Positions 17,275 through 25,420 of a DNA stretch of 44,737 bases are shown piece after piece. The DNA is from a virus. Lineage: Duplodnaviria > Caudoviricetes. The DNA is taken from positions 1 through 44,737 of the IMG/VR virus record IMGVR_UViG_3300011443_000023, one strand, 5' to 3'. The position numbers were made by a program, and so were the translations under genes. The stretch's first letter is position 1. Every line of letters begins with the position of its first letter. Under the pieces are notes generated by a model that did no database searches, was not told where the DNA came from, and saw only the letters and a program-made list of their open reading frames with translations.

Positions 17275-18152
17275 GGCTTGAGTCTCAGAGACTCCGCTTC
17301 CCGCATCGCCCAGGCCGGCAGTTCCAGAAAACGCTCCTCCCCGCGCGAGTAGCCTGGCCACGACTTCGACGCCTGACATTCTGCGAAGACACTCAGCGCC
17401 CGCTCCATCTGGTCGACGCCGAGTTTCATCTGCTCCTCGGTCGGGCGGTAGACGGTCACGCACGCGGCCGGGCTGGTCTCTGCCACGATCCACGCCCACT
17501 GCGGCCAGCGCCCTGTCGCCAACTCGAAGATCCGGCAATACCACGCCGCACTGAGCAGATAGCGATACTCATGCACCGCACGCCCGAACCCGGCCGGCGA
17601 TCCATCCCGCGCCGTTTTCAGGTCGGCGAGTAATCCACGCTCAAAGTTAGCCGAATCGAAGCGCGCCTTGATGGGAATCCCGTGCCACTCGGCGAACACG
17701 GAAACCTCGCGCTCCGGGCAATTCGCGAGCGCCGCACAGGCCAGCGGGTCGTCGGCGATGGCGTCGCAAATGCGACATTCCCGTGTCGCATCCTCCTGCG
17801 TCATCACCGGGAGCGTCTGCGCCGCCTTCCAGTCTTTGCACCAGCGTTTCGACCCGTGCCATGGCTCAGACATGTCGAAGAGTCCGCCCCCGAGAGGCCG
17901 AAAATCGGGCCGGATGACATACTCCGGGAGCCTGCCTTCCAGGACCCACTTATGCACTATTTGCCCCATGCGCATGTCAATCGACTCCTCCCGCTCTGTC
18001 GTCAGCGCCGCCTGGTAGTGAGCGGGCGAGACCAGCAACCACTTGGCGAGAGACGCGTTTAATCCAGGCGCGGCGCAATACGCCTCAAAGGAGAGACCGC
18101 GTTCGATGCGAGTGCCTTCGGCCAGCTTGGTTTCGGGGAGGAGAGCGGTCAT
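17271..18152 (-). CDS. RecE/exonuclease VIII-like PD-(D/E)XK exonuclease (DUF3799-like)
   Basis: Y..APGLNAS..K....SPAHY, MGQIVH, REVS, KARFD, DLKT, Y....AWY, WPGY; adjacent to recT. Confidence 0.85.
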   Translation of the reverse strand: MTALLPETKLAEGTRIERGLSFEAYCAAPGLNASLAKWLLVSPAHYQAALTTEREESIDMRMGQIVHKWVLEGRLPEYVIRPDFRPLGGGLFDMSEPWHGSKRWCKDWKAAQTLPVMTQEDATRECRICDAIADDPLACAALANCPEREVSVFAEWHGIPIKARFDSANFERGLLADLKTARDGSPAGFGRAVHEYRYLLSAAWYCRIFELATGRWPQWAWIVAETSPAACVTVYRPTEEQMKLGVDQMERALSVFAECQASKSWPGYSRGEERFLELPAWAMREAESLRLKP

Positions 18153-19261
18153 GACTGGCACGCCTCCCGCAGCGAATCGAAGTCACTGAGCGCCGTCGCG
18201 GCGATCTGCTCCTCGTCGAGCGTCGGGTTCGCGACCCGCAGCGCCTCGAGGGAGTCATCCACGAGAAACCGGTCGAGCAGAAACTCCTGAACGCGCCGCT
18301 CCAGCCGCGCCTTCGCGCTCTCTTCCAGCGCGTTGTCCACCGTCAGCGGCAGCGCCTCGACCTTCGGCTTCGTCGTCCTCCGTGCCGGCGCCTTCCCCTC
18401 GGCCACAGGCGCAGGTCGGGCCTCCGCCACGTCAGCGACAGGCGAGGCCCCTCCCAGAACCTCACCATTCAGGTCACCGGCGGGCGGAGGAGAGTCTTGG
18501 GCGAGCGCGCCGAATGGGGCGGGCTTGTTCTCGATCGACGGGAACGCATCGACCACGCGCCCGTTGACGGCCCGCTCGATCAGCTTGTCGTCGTCCCGAT
18601 CGAGCGCATCGCGGAACTCAGGCGAGAGGGTGAGCCGCTTCGAGTGCCGCCGAATCACAGTCTTTTTCGCCATCTCGTCGAAGTCGGTCACCCAGGGACC
18701 ACTCTCAGCCGCCCGCGACCGCTTCCGGATGGCCTCGACTTCCGTCAGCGTCATCACTTCGAAGTCGCTGGTCCCGTCCGCAAGAGTGACGTGAGAGTAA
18801 TAGCATTGCGCCTTGCCGCGGTCCTCGCGCCAGTTGATCGCGTGCGAAACCACGCCATCGCGCCAGCCGAATTCGTCGCGCTCACAGACTCGCTCGGCCC
18901 GCCACGACTTCACGTCGCCGCTCCGCTTGGCGAGTTCGATCAAGCCCTTGAAATCGACGATCAGCTGGCACTCGACCACACCACGCTTGCGGTTCTCGAA
19001 TGGGATCAGGTGAGCGCGCCGGCCGTCGGGCTCGAGGCCCATGGCAGAGAGATCGAGCAAGCAGCGGAAGAATGACGGTTGCTCGCACTCGGCGAGTTTC
19101 GGCGTTCGGGTCAGCGCAGTGATCGCGATGCGGATGAATCGCTCGGGCGCGAGATGCTTTGGCAGGGCCAGGGCGATCTGGTCCTTCATTTGCTGGCCGA
19201 GGAGCATCGACTTGATAGTCGGCGAGGCCTTGGGCGGTTCGGCGAGGGCGGTTGTGCTCAT
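18149..19261 (-). CDS. recT: RecT single-strand annealing protein
   Basis: ALPKHL..ERFIRIA....TPKL..C...SF...GLEP...AHLIPF...CQLIVDFKGLIELAKRSG...GPWVTDFDEMAKKTVIRR. Confidence 0.93.
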   Translation of the reverse strand: MSTTALAEPPKASPTIKSMLLGQQMKDQIALALPKHLAPERFIRIAITALTRTPKLAECEQPSFFRCLLDLSAMGLEPDGRRAHLIPFENRKRGVVECQLIVDFKGLIELAKRSGDVKSWRAERVCERDEFGWRDGVVSHAINWREDRGKAQCYYSHVTLADGTSDFEVMTLTEVEAIRKRSRAAESGPWVTDFDEMAKKTVIRRHSKRLTLSPEFRDALDRDDDKLIERAVNGRVVDAFPSIENKPAPFGALAQDSPPPAGDLNGEVLGGASPVADVAEARPAPVAEGKAPARRTTKPKVEALPLTVDNALEESAKARLERRVQEFLLDRFLVDDSLEALRVANPTLDEEQIAATALSDFDSLREACQS

Positions 19262-19407
19262 AGTTTAGAAAGAGTTGCCCGTTTGTTATCGCGGTTGGGC
19301 GTCCGCTCCATGCCTAGGCTTGCCATGCCGCGCCGGACCCTGCCGTGCCCGGCCTTACCACGCCCCGCCGAACCCGGGCTGACCATGCCTGGAAAATCCG
19401 CATTCAT
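19258..19407 (-). CDS. 49-aa ORF spanning the pentamer array
   Basis: MNADFPGMVSPGSAGRGKAGHGRVRRGMASLGMERT...; TGATG at the start and ATGA overlap with recT. Confidence 0.4.
   Translation of the reverse strand: MNADFPGMVSPGSAGRGKAGHGRVRRGMASLGMERTPNRDNKRATLSKL
19308..19392. repeat. Degenerate 5-bp tandem array (consensus CCNNG, 17 units)
   Basis: ccatg cctag gcttg ccatg ccgcg ccgga ccctg ccgtg cccgg cctta ccacg ccccg ccgaa cccgg gctga ccatg cctgg. Confidence 0.85.
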
Positions 19408-19541
19408 CACATGAACGCCCCGGCTAAAAAACCCAAGGCAAACGCGACGATGGCAACCGGGAGCAGAACCCAGAGCGGAAACTTGTAGGGCTGCGGCTCT
19501 CGGAGTCGCCCGACCGGCTCGCGGTTGAGAAGAAAACTCAT
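19407..19541 (-). CDS. Small membrane protein
   Basis: 44 aa with a C-terminal TM helix; coupled. Confidence 0.55.
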   Translation of the reverse strand: MSFLLNREPVGRLREPQPYKFPLWVLLPVAIVAFALGFLAGAFM

Positions 19542-19843
19542 ACCTGTGCTTTCGATTTGCGGAGCGTCGCCAGGGACTCGCTGTTCGTTGGCTCCCGCCT
19601 GGCCGGCGGCGCCGTCGTCGTCAGGACCTCTTCGAAAACCTGGGGCGCGGACATCGGGGGGACGTCCGGCCACTGAACCGCCAGGAATCTGTTTGCATCG
19701 CGCAGCTCGATCCGCATGCCCCTGACGCCAATTGGGTGAACGACTGGCGTCTGCGTCAATTTCAGGGCACGAATTACCGTTTCCTGAGCCTTGCCGGCGT
19801 GGCGCGCGATCATGGCCGTGGTCACGTAGGTCGGGATTTTCAC
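19538..19843 (-). CDS. Putative excisionase / winged-helix DNA-binding protein
   Basis: YVTTAMIARHAGKAQETVIRAL...GMRIELRDANRFL resembles the Xis/MerR-like pattern; early operon. Confidence 0.45.
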   Translation of the reverse strand: MKIPTYVTTAMIARHAGKAQETVIRALKLTQTPVVHPIGVRGMRIELRDANRFLAVQWPDVPPMSAPQVFEEVLTTTAPPARREPTNSESLATLRKSKAQV

Positions 19844-20118
19844 GCCAGCGCCTCCGTTGCGGCGGTTTCCGCCAGCTTGGCCTTCAGGGCCCGGAGCCCC
19901 TCGGCGATCGACCCCTCGTCGACGACGCATTCGCCGTCCATATGCAGGCACCACCGGGCATCGATTTGGCCCGAGTGGGGATACCAGGTCGCATGAACGC
20001 TCAGCGCCTCGACGCCGTGGCGCTCGTGCAGGTCTTTGAGCCGGAGTTTCATCCAGTCGCGAATCGCCATCTCGCACGGATCACTCAGGGGCTCGGTGGT
20101 TGGGGCGTGCGCGCTCAT
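19840..20118 (-). CDS. Hypothetical early protein
   Basis: Coupled overlaps on both sides. Confidence 0.6.
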   Translation of the reverse strand: MSAHAPTTEPLSDPCEMAIRDWMKLRLKDLHERHGVEALSVHATWYPHSGQIDARWCLHMDGECVVDEGSIAEGLRALKAKLAETAATEALA

Positions 20119-20342
20119 TCGGTGCGAAGGTCGATGCCACACTCTGCGCAGCGGGTGATCGTCGGGCCGGCGCCGTAGCCGCGGACGTGGTCGATGGTGA
20201 ACCGCTCGAGCTCGGCCTCGGGTCCGCAGTCGGGACAGCCTGGGCCGGCGGAGGGCAGGCACTCCTCCGGGGTCAGGAGCGACAACCCCGGGGGATCGTC
20301 ATCGAAGCAACGCGGCGGCTCGGAGCGGGGGGAGGCCATCAC
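20115..20342 (-). CDS. Small Zn-ribbon protein
   Basis: CPDC...CAEC. Confidence 0.55.
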   Translation of the reverse strand: MMASPRSEPPRCFDDDPPGLSLLTPEECLPSAGPGCPDCGPEAELERFTIDHVRGYGAGPTITRCAECGIDLRTE

Positions 20343-20518
20343 GACGCCACCTCCTTTTTCTTTACCTTGCGGCGGGGCGGCTTGGGGGGTTGGGCCGCCA
20401 AATCTTCCCGGACCAACCTCCTCAGATATTGAGACCGGTTCAGGTCCAATTCCTTGGCCCGCTTATTGACCAATGGGAGCAACTCGTGCTCCAGCGCGAT
20501 CGAGATCGTCTCGTTCAT
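20339..20518 (-). CDS. Ribbon-helix-helix regulator in the Cro position
   Basis: ETISIALEHELLPLVNKRAKELDLNRSQYLRRLVREDL: alternating beta strand, helix, NRS turn, helix (CopG/Arc pattern). Confidence 0.8.
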   Translation of the reverse strand: MNETISIALEHELLPLVNKRAKELDLNRSQYLRRLVREDLAAQPPKPPRRKVKKKEVAS

Positions 20519-20525
20519 GGGCGGC

Positions 20526-20555
20526 ACGTTACCAACGGTTGAGAACCAGTGTCAA
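20526..20555 (-). promoter_or_regulatory. Early lytic promoter (leaderless)
   Basis: TTGACA-N18-TAACGT with TG extension; ATG 7 nt downstream of the -10. Confidence 0.7.
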
Positions 20556-20564
20556 CAAAAAAAG

Positions 20565-20593
20565 TTGATAATCGTTTGTTAACCGGGGATAAT
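20565..20593 (+). promoter_or_regulatory. Lysogenic promoter (leaderless)
   Basis: TTGATA-N17-GATAAT; GTG 7 nt downstream of the -10. Confidence 0.65.
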
Positions 20594-20600
20594 TCCAACC

Positions 20601-20795
20601 GTGAGAAAAACGATGTCCGTCGGCGTTTCAATGACGCCAGAATTGAAGAAGGCCTTATTAACCAGAGCCGTACAGCTCGGCATTAGCCCCTCGAACTATA
20701 TCCAACAGCTCATTCGAAAAGATTTGGGCCTGCCCACCGTTGGGGTTGCGCCGCTTGCCGAAAAAATGGTTCCGGCGAAGAAGAACAGCGCCTAG
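20601..20795 (+). CDS. Ribbon-helix-helix regulator in the CI position
   Basis: MSVGVSMTPELKKALLTRAVQLGISPSNYIQQLIRKDL (RHH pattern with GxS turn). Confidence 0.8.
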   Translation: MRKTMSVGVSMTPELKKALLTRAVQLGISPSNYIQQLIRKDLGLPTVGVAPLAEKMVPAKKNSA

Positions 20796-20840
20796 CCGAA
20801 ATCATCCCGTTCCCCCAAACCCCATAACAACCAACCCATA

Positions 20841-21350
20841 ATGGAGATCGCATCCCGCGCCGCCTCAGCCCGCATTCTGTCCAACCTCGCAGCCGAGCAA
20901 GGCGACATTCTTGTGCAAAGACTGGCCTACGCAGAAATGTTGCTGGCCGAGGCTACCACGCCGTCCGAGACGGTGAAAGCTTACAAGCTCGCCGAGGCTG
21001 CCCGCGTCTATGCCTACAATGTCGGCGCTGCTCCACCGCTCATAAATCGCGCTGTAGTCATTAAGCTCAAGGCCAGGCGCAAGCTGGGGGACTTGATGGA
21101 CAAGGAGCGGGCGCTACAGCGTTCCGGTCCCGGCGCCTTTTCAAAGTTGTTGCAGCGAGGGAGGAGACTACTCCAGCGGGGAACGGGGGCCTTAAAGCGC
21201 AATCCCATTGCGTCCCTGCTCTTCGCAATTCTTTGCGTCATGGTCGGGTTCCTCATCTTTGCGGTCTATTGCGCAATTTGGCAATTTCACATTTCCGTAC
21301 GGCATCTCCCTGGGGGCTCTCGGATAGAATTTCACCTCGACAGCTATTAG
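20841..21350 (+). CDS. Membrane-anchored lysogeny-module protein
   Basis: Helical N-terminal domain and C-terminal TM segment IASLLFAILCVMVGFLIFAVYCAIW. Confidence 0.6.
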   Translation: MEIASRAASARILSNLAAEQGDILVQRLAYAEMLLAEATTPSETVKAYKLAEAARVYAYNVGAAPPLINRAVVIKLKARRKLGDLMDKERALQRSGPGAFSKLLQRGRRLLQRGTGALKRNPIASLLFAILCVMVGFLIFAVYCAIWQFHISVRHLPGGSRIEFHLDSY

Positions 21351-21355
21351 AAGCC

Positions 21356-21617
21356 GCGCCCCACGCAGCGCCCCAGAGGTTTAGAAGTCGCGTAGTAGGA
21401 ACGAGTTCCAAAGCACCTAATTAAAACACTCTATCTACTTTCTCGTATAGGAGAAATAGGGTGATTCCGGCACCTTAACGCATGGCAAATCGACGCTAGC
21501 CCTACATACACAAGACGTATGGCCGACGTTCCTTGACTTTAGGCCGACGTATGGCAGACGTCGGGATGGCCGAGACTGCGCCCCATTTGCGCCCCAGGCC
21601 CGCCAGCACGCGCCCCA
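21356..21617. other. attP-like region: arm-type repeats, core-like inverted repeat and phased accessory-factor sites
   Basis: GCGCCCCA at 21356, 21368, 21578, 21589 and 21610; AT-rich centre with tttctc-gtatag-gagaaa (21439-21456); GAC(G/T)T at 21514, 21525, 21535, 21546 and 21557. Confidence 0.7.
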
Positions 21618-22723
21618 CGCGCATCAATCATGGCGGCCGGCAGTGGCCGATGTACTATGAGCCGGCCGGCTGGCGGCTGCGGTCGAAGGCGAAGGGGCGC
21701 CATGCTGATTTCAGGACGGGGACGCACAATCTGAAGGAGGCGACGAAGCGCGCCCGCGAATTCCTCGATCGCCGCGCGGATGATCCGATCCACAGCCGCA
21801 AGGGTGGGGGAACACTCGCCGCTCTGGCGCAGGTCTACATGGAGACGCCCAAGCGGACGAAGAAGGAATGCGCGGAGAACAATATTTCGCGGCTGCGGGT
21901 GATCTGCAAAACGATCGGGCGGGACTTCGACACGGTGACGTGCCGGGAGATCGAGCCGGAGTTCTGGCAACGCTATCAGCGGACGATGATGGAGAAGGCG
22001 GGGCGGAAATTCGACCTCGTCACCCGCTACCGGGAAAACATCAGCATCAACGCGGCAGTCCGTTCGGCCCGGTGCCTATTCCTTCGCACCCTGCTGCCGG
22101 CCTACCGTCGCGCAGGGCTCGACGTGCGCGCCGATGCCGGCCAGGCAAGCACGCTGCCTGTGCCGTATCTGCCGCCGAGCGCGGTGGATGACGCAGCTGT
22201 GGTGGATGCCTGGGCGAGCCTCGATGAAACTGACCACCTTTGGTTGGTGATCGGACTGGCGCGATTCGCCGGGTTGAGGTGCGCGGAGATCAGTGCGCTG
22301 CGCGGATCTTGGATCGAGGAGCAGGCCGGCGTGGTCTCGATCGCGCTGCGGGACCGGCCCGAAGAGAGCTGGTGGACGAAAACCGGGCGCCCCTACCGGG
22401 CCCAAGTCATCGAGCCGCGGCTTGCCGAGTGGCTCAGGACCGCCGCCAGGAATCCGGACGAACTCGTGGTCCCCGATCCTGGGGATGGATCGATCAGCCG
22501 GCGCTGCTGGTTTAGCTACGTGCCGCAGCGGTGGCTTAGGGACGTGGCCGGAGTGAGGGCAGGGAAACCGCTACACCGTCTCCGCGGGCTCTATGCTGAC
22601 CACGTGGCCCAGCTCACTGCCGATGCGGTGGCGGCCCGGCTCGCGGGCGTCGAGGCCGCTCGGGCGAATCTCGGGCACACCACCAGCGCGGTGACGGAGG
22701 CGCATTACCTCACTCCTCACTAG
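21566..22723 (+). CDS. int: Tyrosine recombinase (phage integrase)
   Basis: FAGLRCAEI (R), WTKT (K), HRLR (HxxR), LGH and AHYL (Y); start uncertain (21533, 21551 or 21566). Confidence 0.92.
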   Translation: MAETAPHLRPRPASTRPTRINHGGRQWPMYYEPAGWRLRSKAKGRHADFRTGTHNLKEATKRAREFLDRRADDPIHSRKGGGTLAALAQVYMETPKRTKKECAENNISRLRVICKTIGRDFDTVTCREIEPEFWQRYQRTMMEKAGRKFDLVTRYRENISINAAVRSARCLFLRTLLPAYRRAGLDVRADAGQASTLPVPYLPPSAVDDAAVVDAWASLDETDHLWLVIGLARFAGLRCAEISALRGSWIEEQAGVVSIALRDRPEESWWTKTGRPYRAQVIEPRLAEWLRTAARNPDELVVPDPGDGSISRRCWFSYVPQRWLRDVAGVRAGKPLHRLRGLYADHVAQLTADAVAARLAGVEAARANLGHTTSAVTEAHYLTPH

Positions 22724-25383
22724 TATCCGATCCTCAAATTTGACCCGAGAAATGCTGCGGTCGCCGTAGCCAGCGGATCTCCAGAGTTGCCAATGTAAAT
22801 CGTCGAGCCGCCCAGGTTCACGAAGGTTCCAAAGTTCTTTGCTGGCGCGCTCGGATACCAGGAGACGTTATTGCGCACCACGGCGAGCGTGACATTGACC
22901 AGGGCGATGGCCGGCCAGGACGCGTAGAGCGTCCCATAAATGGAATCATACTGCGCAGTGTAAAGGAATGTATTGCCCTCGATGACGTATCGCGTGTAAA
23001 AAGCCCCGAGCCCTCCGCTGGGCCCATAGATGGAGACATTGCCCGCATCGGTAAAGAGATTGTCCTTGATGGTAATGTTCGCCGAGCCATTGGGATTATC
23101 CGCCCACATCTGAATGCCGATGGCTTCGCCTGGCACACCGGGTTTCTTTGTGATCTTGCCAATTTGATTGTTGGCGACCAGGCACGGCATGACGACTTCA
23201 TCAATCGAAATCCCCAGGCTCGATGTTTTAGCATCTGGACTGTATCGGATGTCCTTCACAATGTTCCCGGTGCAAATGTAATTCCCGAGCGACTGCGGGT
23301 TGAAGTTGGCCAGCTCGATTCCGATGTTCATGGCACGCTCGATCTGGTTGCCCATGACGATCCCCGAGCTTGCCACAGTGAGGGAGATCCCAAACTGACA
23401 ATCCTCGCACACATTGTCGGTGACCCGCGTGGCGAAGCCAGATCCCGTGATCGGGTTGATGATCTCGATCCCATGTCGATCAACGTGCCGGCAGATGTTT
23501 CTGGCTATCGATGGGCGCATGATTTTAGCGCCGATGTAGATGGCATTTCCATGGCCGAAGTATGGATTGCGGGTGAAGGCAAACCCCTCGGTCAAGTCGC
23601 TGGTAAAATCGATGGATGGGCCGCCCGACGTATCCGAAACCCGGAACGTGTTCGCACTGAGTCCCGAGGCGATCACATAGTAAAACTTCTCCGCTCCGGC
23701 GCCGGAGGGCGGAGTGACGATAATGCCCGTGCCGCCGACAATCCAATTGAACCAAATGGCATCGTTGACCTTCAGTCCATGGGCTTGGGAGGTGAACAAA
23801 TCATCGCTCGCCGTTCCCGTGACCGCGAATCGACCCATCGTCGAATGGTTCTCGCGCGCCTGGCAGCAGGCGAACCCGGACGCGTCGGCAGTAATGTTGA
23901 CCTCTGCCCCGCCCGGAGTTTCGGAAACCTTGAATTGAGTGGCAGTTAATCCGCCGGCGATCACATAATAATCCTCGTGCTTGTTGATCAGCAGCGGTGC
24001 TCCCCCGCCGGACCCCCCGCCAAGAAGGTTTGGGAAAGACACTTGCCGGCCGGCAGTCAAACCGTGGGGAGTTGCCGTCGTGATGAGATTTGTCGCCGCT
24101 GATATCGTGATGCTAAACTCGGAGCCGAGCGAGCGCCCTTCGATCACGTTTCCTTCCACGATCACCGCCTCGACCTCGTAGTGCAGATAAATGCCGCTCC
24201 CGCAGAATGAGTGGATGTAATTGTTGTGGATGCGCCCGCGGGCGGCGACGCACGTGCCTTCACCCGCAGCAAACAGGATACCGACGCCAACGTGGTGGAT
24301 CACGCAATCCTCGATGCAGAATCCGCTCAGATCGAAATCCAGTCCACTGCCGACATAGGCACCGTACATGGTCACGCCCGCGTCCATGTAATATATATTG
24401 AACATGGACGTGTCGCTCGTGAGCGGGTGATCGGTCGTCAACTCGAGGCCGGAAATCTGACAATCGGTGGCACGGATATCGATCACCCCGCGGGCGCCTC
24501 CAGCGAGATGAGGGAACCGCAGGACCGCGCGATTCCCGGTCGCGTCGCGGATCGAGAAGAGCCGCGTTCCCGGCACTGTCAATGCGAGGCCAACCTGGGG
24601 GATCGATGGAGTCCATGGGTCACCAAATCCCGGTGTTGGAGTCAGCGTGATTGTGCCGACAATCCCGATGTCTCCGCCGCGCAAGACCGCTGCCTTTAGT
24701 TCCGCGTCGGTCCGGCAAATGTTCCCTGGACTGAGCCTTACCCAGGCCCCCGCAGTCAATGCCGTGGCAACCCACTGAGAGTTGTCGTCGCGCTGGATGC
24801 CGAGCTGCCCGACATACGCAGGCACTGTCGCTGCGCGGGCCGTTGCATCAGCGAAGGTCGCATTGCCGCCGGTTCCGGGGATATCTCCGCCCATCATCAC
24901 CAACTCGCGGACATAGGCCTGGTCGTATGTTGTTGGCTGGCCATCGGCATCATACCCGACGAGCGCATTGGGCACCGGCACCAGCGGGTCGAGCGGAGTC
25001 GATAACTCGTCAACGCGGAACGTGCGATCGACCGAGCGGTCGAGTTGCTGGATCTGGAATGTCGCGCGGTCGACGGTCTTCTCGTGCGTCTGGGCGAGGA
25101 ACCTGCCGCCCTCGGGATAAACAGTGGGCTGCGTCAGTGGGACCTCCCGGTAAATCGCCACCGTGCTCGTTGTTGGCGCGGCCTCGTCCAGCACCACCGC
25201 AGCTCCGGGCGGCAGGTGGACCTCGAACAGGGCCGGGTCGAGCTTGAGCGTCACGCCGTCCTGGTCGGTGATGGCAACCTGGATGTCGGCGGGATGGTGG
25301 AACGGGAATGGGATCGGGTAGGCGATGGCGGCCTCACCGTTCCCTGAGTAGTCGATGCGCGATTCGGTTGTTTCGACGGCCAT
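22720..25383 (-). CDS. Tail fibre/tailspike with T7 gp17-like N-terminal adaptor and beta-helix
   Basis: YSGNG....YPIPFPF....DIQV...IYREVPLTQ...F.AQTHE...DR...IQQL adaptor; beta-helix repeats with two inserted beta-barrel repeats. Confidence 0.85.
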   Translation of the reverse strand: MAVETTESRIDYSGNGEAAIAYPIPFPFHHPADIQVAITDQDGVTLKLDPALFEVHLPPGAAVVLDEAAPTTSTVAIYREVPLTQPTVYPEGGRFLAQTHEKTVDRATFQIQQLDRSVDRTFRVDELSTPLDPLVPVPNALVGYDADGQPTTYDQAYVRELVMMGGDIPGTGGNATFADATARAATVPAYVGQLGIQRDDNSQWVATALTAGAWVRLSPGNICRTDAELKAAVLRGGDIGIVGTITLTPTPGFGDPWTPSIPQVGLALTVPGTRLFSIRDATGNRAVLRFPHLAGGARGVIDIRATDCQISGLELTTDHPLTSDTSMFNIYYMDAGVTMYGAYVGSGLDFDLSGFCIEDCVIHHVGVGILFAAGEGTCVAARGRIHNNYIHSFCGSGIYLHYEVEAVIVEGNVIEGRSLGSEFSITISAATNLITTATPHGLTAGRQVSFPNLLGGGSGGGAPLLINKHEDYYVIAGGLTATQFKVSETPGGAEVNITADASGFACCQARENHSTMGRFAVTGTASDDLFTSQAHGLKVNDAIWFNWIVGGTGIIVTPPSGAGAEKFYYVIASGLSANTFRVSDTSGGPSIDFTSDLTEGFAFTRNPYFGHGNAIYIGAKIMRPSIARNICRHVDRHGIEIINPITGSGFATRVTDNVCEDCQFGISLTVASSGIVMGNQIERAMNIGIELANFNPQSLGNYICTGNIVKDIRYSPDAKTSSLGISIDEVVMPCLVANNQIGKITKKPGVPGEAIGIQMWADNPNGSANITIKDNLFTDAGNVSIYGPSGGLGAFYTRYVIEGNTFLYTAQYDSIYGTLYASWPAIALVNVTLAVVRNNVSWYPSAPAKNFGTFVNLGGSTIYIGNSGDPLATATAAFLGSNLRIGY

Positions 25384-25392
25384 GGTAATGGG

Positions 25393-25417
25393 GGGAAATT
25401 GAACGGTTTCTTGGCAA
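25393..25417 (-). promoter_or_regulatory. Late-promoter-like motif TTGC-N14-ATTTCCC upstream of the tail fibre gene
   Basis: ttgccaagaaaccgttcaatttccc in a 37-nt intergenic gap. Confidence 0.4.
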
Positions 25418-25420
25418 GGC

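Noticed and set aside
21400-21480. dif/Xer site or tRNA 3' fragment as the att core
   Set aside because: Does not match the XerC/XerD arm consensus or a T-arm plus acceptor end.
15599-21617. Repeat arrays as CRISPR or mini-CRISPR, or as ends of an invertible segment
   Set aside because: Units are 5-11 bp without spacers of CRISPR length and there are no cas genes. The two GACGT arrays share only phased cores rather than a continuous crossover sequence.
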